NCBI RefSeq assembly: GCF_036321535.1
Contig: NC_087436.1
Location: 85,748,001 to 85,808,000 of the forward strand
Direction: 5' to 3'
DNA: 60,000 nucleotides
DNA from: Camelus dromedarius
Taxonomy: Eukaryota
The notes beneath the pieces are model-generated. The model was not told the origin of the DNA. It saw only the letters and a program-made list of their open reading frames with translations, and made no database searches. A program made the translations under genes and the position numbers. Positions 49,510-60,000 of this stretch are shown piece by piece; position 1 is the stretch's first letter, and each line of letters opens with the position of its first letter.

Positions 49510-50240
49510 CTTGATATAACAGATATTTGTTGAGTTACTACTTTGTGCCAAGTGCCTTGCTAGACAGAATACAATGGTGAACAAGAAAAACATGATTTTA
49601 GCCATCTACATTCAAGAGCAAGAAGCAGAAAATAAATCAGAAAAAAATATAAATAAATAATAATAATGACAAATCATGATAAATACTGTGTAAAGACTAA
49701 TATAGAGACTAATGATCCAAATGAGAATCCTAGTTTAAATAGGATGGTCCGGAAAGTTCTGCCTGAGGAAGTGACATTTAAGGTGAGGTCTAACAAATAA
49801 GAAGAGGGAGTCACTTGAAAGAAGGGAATAGGATGGAGGAAAGATTTCTAAACAGTGGAAACAGCATGTGCAAACGTCCTGAGGCCTGAAAGATCTTACG
49901 TAAGGAATTGATGTCTCATGGGGCTAGAAAATCGTGGGCTGAGTCTGCAGGGACAATCAAGGCCATGAATCCGCAGTAAGAACTTTGAGTTTGCCCTAAA
50001 AGCAAAGGAAATGACTACAGAGTTTTAGTCAGGGGAGTGATATAATTTGATTATACTTTTTGAAAATCACCCTGGCCATTGTGTGTGGAAAAAACACACA
50101 GGAGTCAGGCAAGCATTAACACAGGGAGGTAAATTAGGAGGCGGCTGTAAGCAATCGAATCAGGTAGAGCTGGTGGTTGATTGCCCTAGGAGAGTGGCAC
50201 TGGAGACAGAAAGAAGGGCAAAAGTTTCACATTTTGATTA
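49510..50240 (+). mobile_element. L2 LINE fragment
   Basis: ATATTTGTTGAGTTACTACTTTGTGCCAAG...CCTGAGGAAGTGACATTTAAG...AACAGCATGTGCAAACGTCCTGAGG. Confidence 0.7.
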
Positions 50241-52169
50241 GGGGGTTTCCCCCCAGGTCCCATGACTCTCTCTGTTTGCCTAGTCTTCTCATTCTTTTCT
50301 TGGGAAATAAAAAATCACAAGATTTAAAGTCAACTGTGGCTTCTGAGATGAAAAGTCAGTGCAGGAAATGGACAGTCCTTTCCAGCCTGGTAATAATAAC
50401 TCTGTGAACTGACTTTCATTGAGTTTAAATCCACAAAGATAAAAATCAGGGGCATGATCCTGTCTGCTAAGTATCTCTCTTAATGCCAAAAACTTGGGTC
50501 ACTAGGAGTTCTTTCTTTGGATTCTGAAAGATAGACAGCGTAATTGCCCCTCTTATCAAAATACTTTGCATGTTTGTTTTATTACTTACTTGCTTTAGAA
50601 AAAAAAATCTGACACCATAGTTGCAGGAGAAACTTTACTGTGACTCTTAACCAAATAAAACTAATGAGTTAGTTGCGGAGAGAGATTGAGTCCAACACAC
50701 TGACTAGCTCCGTGACTTGAGATTCCTGTGGTTTACTTCTGCCCCTGTGTAGTAAGAACTCAGGGAAGCCAGCCTGGGCCCAGTGCGGCAGTGTTTGCAA
50801 CAAGCGTGGCTTGAAAATCAAGCACGTTTGAAGAGGAAAATCAAAGTAAATATCTGATGTTTTTGCTCCAAAGAGATGAGCAAGGAGAGGAGAGTAGAAG
50901 ATGGGGCAGGAGCTCTCAGCCTAGAGTCTGGGCCCTCTGAAGGAGATGTTCTCTTAAACCCCTTTATTCCGTCTCCCAATTCAAGTAGTGCAGTTCCAGC
51001 TTGATTCTGATCATTTCATGTCTTCTGTGACCCTTCCCAGCATGGGTTTGGACTAGGGAGAAGCAAAATTGGAGAACATCTATGCAAGAGAAAGAGGCAG
51101 ATATACCAGGGTTGCCGTATTTGAAGATCCTCAACTGTTAACATTCCAAGGAAAAAAGGAATTAAGAAAAAGTCATAAAATGCGTGAAGAGTTTAGTCTA
51201 TCTTACTACCCCTGATTTTGTGTTGAAGGGATGCCCAGGATTTTCAAAGAACACAATTCCTTTAGCTCATCTCTGGAATCATTTTCCCTAAATCCCTTTT
51301 CTCCATCCAATCCTAACTCAGACAAACGCTAGCATCAGCCGTGTTGACAACCTGCTTACAGTTGTAAATGATTAAACGCTTAATCCAGGGAATCAGTGCT
51401 AGTGGAGGGTTATTCTAGTAGCAGATGAAACAGAGGGTTTGTGGCCAACTCAGGAATTCAGTCTGGATGTCCAAGTGTTTTAAAATTCTTGGGAAACTTG
51501 CAAGGTCTAAATCAAGGGCTTTGTCCTAAGTGTTGCCTTTGTGGACAGGTTGTAGCCTAAGAATGATTATGGCAAACATACATGGTGCCTACCAAGTGTC
51601 AGGTAGTGTCCTAAGAGCTTTACTTGTTTTATGTCATTTAATTCCCACAATGACCCGCCAAGGTCACCCAGCTAGTGAGTGAGTGGCATGGAACCTCACT
51701 TACTTACGCAGCCTGGCTCTTAACATCCCTCCTCCCACCCTCTAAGCCCTTATCCCTGCCCTCTACCCCCCTACCCGCTCCCTGCTTTACTGATATGTGT
51801 CTTAAGTCCCGATGGGTATTCTTGTAGGATTCTTCCCTCTCCTTTCCAGCTCACCTGTTAAACATTTGGGTTTAGGTAGAAAGGATAAAGTAGAAAAGGG
51901 GTGGTGAGAATAGTATTGATCACAAAATCTAACATGTAGGGGACCAGATGTCAGGCACGGTGCTGAGAAATCCACATTTAAGACTTACAACAATTCTAAG
52001 AGATAAATTAACTATCAGCGTCTAATCTAGAGGTGAGGGAGCTGAGACACAGAGAAGTTCGGTGACATCCCCAAATCACACAACAGGAAGAAATAGAACT
52101 GAGATTTGAAGTCAGGCTTACCTGCTTGGGAGTATGAGCTGTAAGCCTCTGAGCCCGCGAGCTATGCAG

Positions 52170-52460
52170 CCTGTCAGGACTCTTACCATCTGTTTCCTCT
52201 CTGGTCTTTAGCCAAGAAGACAAGACGGTTCGCTGCTGTAGTGGAAACCATGGTAGACTTCCCAGGTCCCTGCTGCAAGGACATGCACTCCCCCAGCTGC
52301 TGGAAGCATTGGCTGCTGCTGAGTGCTCTCCAGGGACAGCCTTGGTGGGAGAGAGCCACCTTGGCCAACATCATGCCCCTTCCCAGGGCAACACACATAT
52401 AATGACTACAAATCTCAAAGTCAATTTTCCCTGCCAAGAGTCCCTGTGCTCCCTCCCAAC
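52170..52460. mobile_element. LTR16-like (ERVL) fragment
   Basis: GAGAGCCACCTTGGCCAACATCATGCCCCTTCCCAGGGCAAC resembles the LTR16 family core. Confidence 0.45.
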
Positions 52461-52724
52461 CCCTAACTCCAAAATCCCATAATGCCTACCCATCATGTGC
52501 TAGAGAAGGGGGAGGGCAACTGAAGTTGACTGTGTTCTTACACCACGCAAGGCACCGTAGTGGACATCCTATGCAGATGACCTACAAGCCCAAAAGGAAT
52601 CAAGTAAAATACTACTTCCTTTTTATAGACGTAGACAGCAAGGCTTAGAGTGAAGTGAGTTGTTTTGTGATCACAAAGTTAACGAGGAGAGAAATCAGAT
52701 TTCTGGTTACCAAAGCTTAGAAAG

Positions 52725-53160
52725 TACGGTAGGCTGAATGATGGTCTGCTCCAAAGCTGTCCCATCCCTGGATCCTGTGCTTATGATACCTTCCACAACA
52801 AGAGGGACTCTGCAGATGTGATCCAATTAAGGCTCTTGAGACGAGGTGAGAGCCAGGATTGTCCATGTGAGCCCAACGTCATCACAAGGGTCCTTAAGAG
52901 AGGCAGGCAGGAGGGTCAGAGTCTAAGAGGGAAAGGTAATGATAGAAACAGAGAATCTAAAACCAGGAGTCAAAAAATCTGGGTAGCTTCTAGAAGCTGG
53001 AAAAGGCAAAGAAATGAGTTCTCCCTTAGAGTCTCTAGAAGGAAGGCTGGCCTTCCAAGCCATTTTGGATTTCTGACCTCTATAACAGTGAGGTTGATCT
53101 GTGTTGTTTTAAACCACCATTTGTGGTGACTTGTTACAGCAGTGATAGGAAACTAATACA
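52725..53160 (+). mobile_element. MLT1 (ERVL-MaLR) solo LTR
   Basis: Starts GGTAGGCTGAATGATGG. Contains GACTCTGCAGATGTGAT..ATTAAGG and TAGAAGCTGGAAAAGGCAAAGAAA. Ends TTTGTGGTGACTTGTTACAGCAGTGATAGGAAACTAATACA. Confidence 0.87.
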
Positions 53161-54469
53161 TTTCGGTTTTTCCCCCTGTCACCAACTTGCCCTTTTGCAT
53201 GTATGTTTTGCTCTCGTGCCGTCCCACTCTTCCCCTGGAGTGACATTAAGCCTGCTCTTTCTTCCGTTGTGGGGACATGAGAAGAGGGATGATGGAGGCC
53301 GCTCCTCTGACAGTCTTCTCTTCAGTGGGGCTGGTCGCTGTTGGCCAGACGCTGGTGGTGTCTGCACGTCAGCCCTCCCCAGGGTGGAGGTGGGGACGCA
53401 GGACTGAGGAAGGGGAAACTCCTATTATGACTTCTTTTAGTGGAACCCTACTGTGTTTACCCTTTGGGGACAAGCCGGTCTCCTTTAACTTCGGGTTGCT
53501 TCATTGCTGCTTCTCCCAGTCTTCCCATCCCTTGTCTCTGAGATCAGAGCAAAGCTCTTTGAGAAGTCTAGAGGAACTTGAAAGGAAAAACAGGGGCAAA
53601 TATGACATCTTCATTCCTCCTTTAAGATCAAAGCGTTTCATAACTGCTAAGAGTTAATTGGGTTTTGATTTCTTAGGTTGGGGTTTGGGGTAGGCTGGGG
53701 ATAGAGGCAGTCCTGGCTGGTTGGAACAGAAAAGAGCCTTTATTGAGTCTTCGCTCAGTGTTAGTGTGATTCCTGTCCTATCAAGGAGAAAAACAAAGGC
53801 CCTTAATCAGGATCACAAGCTACAAAGTGGCAGAAGAGGCATCAAGCCCCCGTGTGTCCTGTTCCAAAGCCCTTACGCTCCTTCTTTATGTGCTGCCCTT
53901 CCTGTAAGATTTGCATTTTAAGAATGAAACAATTGCAGCTTCTCTTTCTTTCCCAATATCACATCCATAGCCACAAAATGCAGTGCCACTTTTACTTGTT
54001 GTTTTTTTTAAACCATTTTCCTACCTTCTACTCTGGATGAGTCCTCCACGGCCTCTCTGTCCCATGTCTCTACAGCCCACATCAGCTCTCACTTCCCCCG
54101 GATCACAACACTGTTCTCCTGACAAGGGGTTTTACCTCCTGAAAGTCTCACTAGCACCTCGGGCTCCTGCATGAAGCACCAGCCTTGTGTAGATCTCCTA
54201 TTCTCAAATTCCTGAAACTGCGATGTTTGCGACCCACTTGTCCTGAAGCTATAGTGAGTGTTTGTTCTCCAGACTCCTATTTAAGAAAATGCAGACTTGT
54301 TAAAGTACAGAATTACTGGGCTGGCAGATACTTTGGAGGATGCCCATTTTACAGATGAAGAAACAGAGGCCCAAGATCAGACAGTTAGTTTAGTGGTCAC
54401 GTCTACTCCTTGAGTCAATAACAGGGTTCTACACGCTGCTCTACACTTGCAGTCATTGGTGGGGTTACT

Positions 54470-55000
54470 TATTGATAAAGTGCACAGACTCTGGATCCAG
54501 ACCGCCGAAGGTTCAAAGCCAGCCTCTGCCACTTGTTAACTGTGACCATGGACAAGTTTCTTAACATCTCTGTGCTTAATGTATAAGCCAGGAATCAGTA
54601 CCAACTTCTTAGGGTTGATGTGAGAATTAAATGATCTAATATGTGTGATTGTCCCCAGTGATTGTTCAACAAGGATTCATTATCTCATCTAATGGACTGA
54701 AGGTTTTAATGAAACAGAATTACTAAACTTTTCTGCAGTGGTTCAGAGACTTCCAGATATAAGTGGGTGTTACAGCAGGGTAGGGAAGAGCCATTATGAA
54801 AATGAATTGTCGAGGTTCTGGCCCTTCTTGGCTTCAAGACTTTGGGAAATTATTTAACTTCTTTGTGCCTCAGTGTCCTCATCTCTAAAATGAGGAAAAT
54901 GAAAGTATTGCCCAGTAAGTTTTTTTGGGGAAATTAAACAAGGTAATCTAAGCTCAGCTCCTGAGACATAAAGGCTTCATACTTGTTAGCTCTTATTATT
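54470..55000 (+). mobile_element. Cluster of MIR fragments
   Basis: GACTCTGGATCCAGAC...CTCTGCCACTTGTTAACTGTGACCATGGACAAGTTTCTTAAC and TGTGCCTCAGTGTCCTCATCTCTAAAATGAGG. Confidence 0.7.
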
Positions 55001-56193
55001 ATATGTAATATTATTATATATCTTATTATATGTGTTTATACATTACTGTACAAGCAATGTGGACTTCCTTCTGTAGCTTTTAGTCTAGACATTAGTAAGT
55101 CATGCAGAAGAATTACTTAGTATTTATAAAGCTTTGCATTTACAAAATCATTTGTAATCACTGCATTACTTGACCAATTAATGTGCATTGCTCAAAATAG
55201 CCCTGGGAAGTTATCTGAGGTTCTCTGTATTTATGGTAAGTCTTAGAAACTCAAGGTCATACAGAGAGTTGACGGAAGAATTAACAAAGAAATCTGCAAT
55301 TTGTCTGCCTATTACTTACTCGCTGAAACTTGCTTCTTTTCTACCTATTCTGATAATCTATCTCCTATCAAAACAGAGTGTTTGGTTAGCTGGGTATCAA
55401 TGGGCGACTTGACTGCACAGGTGCTTTGAGGAACTCCATCCAGAAGACTTCTAAATCTGCTTACATCCTTGCTAAGAGAAAACATGGCTCCCGTGGAGAC
55501 TGAGGGTGGGAGGTGGGTGAAAAGCTCTTGTCTGGGACTTACAGGTAAAAGCTGGGAAGTTAGGCTAAGGAACACAGGATTCTGAAAATGTCCTAAAGAG
55601 AGCAACAGAAAATAACTTCTAGGGATGAGATCAAGGGGAAAGAATGATTTTGAAAAATGGCTGTGCATATCCGGAGAATTGCTGTATCAAATTATAAACC
55701 ATGTGTCCTGAGCTGTTCCTGTGTTCACATACCTTCCCAAGGACAGAAGCACCTGGCAGGAGAACCAGCCACAAGCAGGTTTCTGGAGGCTGGAGCCAAC
55801 CTTTCAGAGGAAAACAAAAGGAGTCTAACCCAGGAGCAGCACCAGTAACCAGCCCCACCCCCAACCCACCTGCGGGTCTAAGGACACCTCCCAACAGTCT
55901 GGCCTGGGGCTGTAACTCCACCTCCTTACAGCCCAATAGGTCCCTTCACAGGCAAATGCACCTGATAGGAATCAGGAGTTAGTTTTATATCCTGAACTCC
56001 CTGCTCACCTTTCCGGGCAGATGAGCCCATTTCCCCTACTAATGTCCCACGTGCAAATGGATAGTCTTTTACACAATAGCTCTGAACCTGGCAGCAAAAC
56101 CCAGAAAACAAAAAGCTGGTTGTGAATCAAATTGTATGCATATGCATAGCTGTATGTGCAAACTGAACCATTTAAAATACAATAGGAGACAAT

Positions 56194-56324
56194 GGGGGAG
56201 GGTGTATCTCAGTGGTAGAGTGTGTGTTTAGCTTGCAGGAGGTCCTAGGTTCAATCCCCAGTTCCTCCATTCAAAACTAACTAAATAAACCGAATTACCT
56301 CCCCCATCAAATAAAATAAAATAA
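56194..56324 (+). mobile_element. tRNA-derived SINE (Vic-1-like)
   Basis: A/B boxes, AATTACCTCCCCC and an (AAAAT)n tail. AATAGGAGA repeated at 56181-56189 and 56325-56333 (likely TSD). Confidence 0.88.
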
Positions 56325-57689
56325 AATAGGAGAGCTTGCTGCTCCAAGGAATCCCCTCTTGAAATGAAAGAATTAGGTTCACCTTTTTTTTTTAAAAAAG
56401 AATGAATTTTTGCCTCTTGTTTCTGAAAGTAAAACATACCTTTACCCTGAAAATGTTCTCCTTTTAAAAGGTAGTAAAAACAGTGAATAATTGTTGCAAA
56501 ACAATAACACTGATTTGTCAATACCCTCCTTTCTTGACTTCTGACCTAAAAACAAGGCCCTACATACAGTAAAAGGTCTCCTGTGGACTTTATTATAAAA
56601 TAGGTTTATTTACATAACACAGCAGAGTTTCAGGAAACTCACTCCAAGGACACTTTTTCATTCCAACTAAAGCCAGGAGTTTGGAAGGATATACAGCCAG
56701 CCCAGTGACTTTGTAGAGAAATTCTAAAGACCTGACTACAAAACAGCACTCCTGTAATTCTTGGCGCGGGTAGGAGGATGGAGGGATGGGGGATTTCAAT
56801 TTGGCCTCATCTCTTTCCCCACAGTTTTGAATTGCTCCATACCAGCTGAACAGAATTCAAATTCCATACGTAAAATGTGACCTCACTTTTCATCATGCTG
56901 TCACACATTGCTTCCAAGTACGTGGGTTCCTCCTGGTGTGATGACTTATGAAAATGTGCCCATTGTCTATGAAGTCAATCCACCAAACCAAATACCAGCC
57001 CTACGGAAGGATGAGCTGCCTATGCCCAACCCTGAAAGTCAACAACCAGGCAGGAAAAGTGAGGGGCGGGTATTCGAATGTCAAGGTCCTCTGTTTTGAA
57101 TACCCAGTGTCCCCATTTTAAATTTGAGAGGCATCAGCAAAGAGCATCCTGGCATGTCTTAATAGTTACCAAGGGATGAAGGGTGATTAGACAGATGCTG
57201 GTACCCAGCTGTTCCCCAGCTAAACTGAGGTCAGAACAAGAAATAACACTTTAGACCAGTAAAGGGGAGGGCAGGTCACTTAGATACAATAGAAAGTATT
57301 TAGGAACTAGAGACTTTCACAGAGAAGGTGTTCAACACAGATCAGATTGAATGCTTGAATGTTATATGAATGAATGGATGAATGATGTTGTAGAATCTGA
57401 CGTATTGGATTCACTCCTTAAATGAATCTGAGGGATGAGTACATGTGACCTTGATGAGCAGTCATACCCATTAGTTCCTTAAATCCCTGAGATGTTACAG
57501 TCCCACAGACTTTTGAGGGTCTCCTCTCTGCCAGGCACTGTGAATTCATCTGAGGAGCTTCAGGCTAGTGGAAGAGAATGAGTCTTAAACAGAGAATCCT
57601 ACTAACTAGGGAGGCATTTATGAGGGGAAGCCACATAGACTTTTTAATGCAAAATATGAAATTCTGCTTCCGAATGCAACCCGTGGATT

Positions 57690-58960
57690 GATTGAATACA
57701 TGTGTTTATTGACATTTTTAAATTAATTAATTCAGTCATCAAATATTGAGTACCCACTCTATTCCAGGCACATCTGAGACACTGGAAATATGGTAGGACA
57801 TACAACAGACAATGCCTGCCCTCCAGGGGAAGAGAGCAGACAATAAACAGATAAATATATAATGTTTCAGGTGAGGATAATACTGTGAGAAAAATTAAGC
57901 AAGGTAAGGCTTATAGAGAGAGGCATAGTAGGGTGTTCATTTATACAGGCTAATCAGGAATAGCACCCTAATATAGTGGCATTTGAGCAGGTAAGACATT
58001 AGAGAAGCAAGGGAGCCAACCATGTTGCTATATGGGAGAAAAGCATTCTGGGAGTGGGAACAGCACGTGCAAAGGCCCTGAGGTTGGAATGAACTTAAAG
58101 AGTTCTATGTGTGGTGGCAAGGAAGCCAATGCTGATGGAACAAAGTAAGTTTAGGGAGAGTGGGAAAAGATGCGGTCAAAGACACAGCAAAGCCAGATCT
58201 TATAGCACCTTTTATCTGTGTAAGAGAAAACCATTGGCAAAGGGGGAGGGAAATAGCTCAGTGGTAGAGGGCACACTTAGCATGCGTGAGGTCCTGGGTT
58301 CATCCCTGGTACCTCCATTAAAAAAGAAAGAAAGAAAGAAAACCAGTGGAAAGATTTGAACAAGGAAATGATGTGATAAGATTCATGTTTTAAAAGGATG
58401 ATTCTAGCTGTGTGTGTGGACAAGTAGCTATGGAGAGGCCAGGATGGCAGTAGGGAGCCCAGTCAGGAGGTTATTGTCATAGTGTAGGTGGTAGATGATA
58501 GTGTCCTGGACTTGAGATGGTAGGAGCAGGGAGTGGTGAGAAGGGGTTGGATTTTTGATGTATCTTGATGTAGAGTTGACTGAATTTTCTATGGATTGGA
58601 TATAGGGTATGCAAAGGGAAAAAAAGAGACAGGGACAATTCCAAGTTTTGGGGCTTAACCAACTGGAAGAACGGACATGCCATTTCCCGAGGAGAGGAAG
58701 GTTGTGGTTCCAGAGGAGGGGATCTGCTTTCAGCCAGTTAGGTCTATGGTGCCTGTGGGACATCTGAGTGGAAATGTCAAGTCAGCAGGGGACCACATAA
58801 GTCTGGAATTCAAATGAAGATGAGACTGGCAAAATAAATTTGGGAGTTAGAAGCATTTGGATAATATTTAAAGCCATGGGGATGGCTAGGGAGTGAGCAT
58901 AAACAAAGAAAAGAAGTGGTCCAGGGCCTGGGCCCATGGTTCTCCAGCATGGGGAGATCA
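57690..58960 (+). mobile_element. L2 LINE fragment (host of the SINE at 58242)
   Basis: AAATATTGAGTACCCACTCTATTCCAGGCAC...AACAGCACGTGCAAAGGCCCTGAGG...CCAAGTTTTGGGGCTTAACCAACTGGAAG...TTTAAAGCCATGGG. Confidence 0.75.
58242..58336 (+). mobile_element. tRNA-derived SINE (Vic-1-like, short form) inserted into L2
   Basis: tRNA-like head ending TACCTCCATTAAAA followed directly by (AAAG)n. Flanking near-duplicate AGAAAACCATTGGCAAAG / AGAAAACCAGTGGAAAG. Confidence 0.85.
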
Positions 58961-59349
58961 GGAAGAGAGCTGATTCTCCTGGTTCAGAAAAGCGGAAGTA
59001 ATAACGATCTAATTCTTGCCTCAGCAGTGGTAAAACAGTATTTTATATGGTCACAGTAATCTGACCACTAAATACTGATTTAACTAAAAATTGTCCCGAA
59101 AGAAAGAAGGAGGACTAGGTCTGTGTGGAGGTATCAAAGTGACATGTGATCATCTTCCAAAGTAGGACTATATCAATATCACAAAATTATAAATCAATAG
59201 CAGTATAAAGATGCTTTATGGAAACAGGGAGGTACCTACCAGGAGAAATAACTAGAGTACGAAGTGGTTCCTTTGGGGAGTAAGAGTGTGGAGAAGGATA
59301 GAAAAGAGCCTGGGATTATTCTTTTCATTCAAACTTTATACCGCAGTGA

Positions 59350-59820
59350 TAATCAAATAGGTAATCAAAATGTGGCATACCATGTAATGGAATATCGTTC
59401 ATCCACAAAAAGGAATGGGGTACTGATACCTGCTGACACCAAGATAAGCCTTGAACACATTCCGCCCAGTGAAAGAAGTCAAGCCCCAAAGATCATATTG
59501 TATGATTCCATTTATATGAACTATCCGGAACAGGCAAATCCACAGAGGCAGAAAGTAGATTCGTGATTGCCAGGGGATTTAGGAAGGGAGAAATGAGTGC
59601 CTGCCAAGAGGTACAGGGTTTCTTTTTGGGGTGATGAAAATACTCTGGAATCAGTTAGTGGTGGTGGTTGCACAACCTTGTGAATATACTACAAACTATG
59701 GAATGGTACTCTTTGAAACGGTGAAATTTATGGTATGCAAATTAATTTTAAAAATCACATGCTATTTGAAATAAATTATACAAAAGCATGACCTCAATAA
59801 AAATTAAAATTAATTAAAAA
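59350..59820 (+). mobile_element. L1M 3' end fragment
   Basis: AAAATGTGGCATACCATGTAATGGAATAT...TATGATTCCATTTATATGAA...GGTACAGGGTTTCTTTTTGGGGTGATGAAAATACTCTGGAA...CCTCAATAAA. Confidence 0.82.
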
Positions 59821-60000
59821 ATAATATTAGACTTAAAACCCTGAATTATCTTTGAAATAGGTAAGGAAGTCTACCTGATTTAAACCTTCCTCTAGGATTC
59901 CTATTGTTTCCACCTTGTGATGAAAGTGACAGAAGCCACGAGCCACGGCTGGTCTCAGCCAGAGGCAATTATGTGGACGAAAGTGATGGGGATGACAGAA

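Noticed and set aside
11007..58336. tRNA-like sequences with A and B boxes
   Set aside because: Diverged, followed by AT-rich linkers, A tails and TSDs, so these are SINE copies rather than functional tRNA genes.
11007..58336. Seven of eight SINE copies lie on the + strand
   Set aside because: The sample is too small to distinguish from chance, and most copies lie outside the transcribed intron.
1..60000. CRISPR arrays, operons or other prokaryote-type or novel multi-gene systems
   Set aside because: The sequence is clearly mammalian intron and intergenic DNA; no regularly spaced repeat-spacer arrays or gene clusters were seen.

Overview
Mammalian genomic DNA, very probably a camelid (camel, alpaca or llama), inferred from eight copies of a tRNA-derived SINE resembling the camelid Vic-1 family. 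The window is centred on the 5' end of the KIT receptor tyrosine kinase gene on the minus strand. Coding exon 1 spans 30466->30400 (67 nt, [23 protein letters not shown], the signal peptide) with a canonical GT donor, inside a ~2.3-kb CpG island containing the promoter. Positions 1-30399 are KIT intron 1; exon 2 was not found and should lie beyond the left edge. Positions ~30560-60000 are upstream intergenic DNA with no recognisable gene. The rest is mostly interspersed repeats (L1 3' ends, an old L1/HAL1 ORF1 relic, L2, MIR, MER2/MER5/MER20/MER103-like DNA transposons, MLT1/LTR16-like LTRs) and microsatellites. I found no evidence for a novel coding system, and the other listed ORFs look spurious. 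The most interesting signals are regulatory or structural: apparently degenerate kit1/kit2 promoter G-quadruplex motifs with a duplicated GC box between them, MITF/GATA motif arrangements, a closely spaced inverted SINE pair, and a duplicated 3' module in the SINE. Repeat family names and boundaries were assigned by eye and are approximate. Comparisons with human or other species rely on recalled sequence and need an alignment to confirm.
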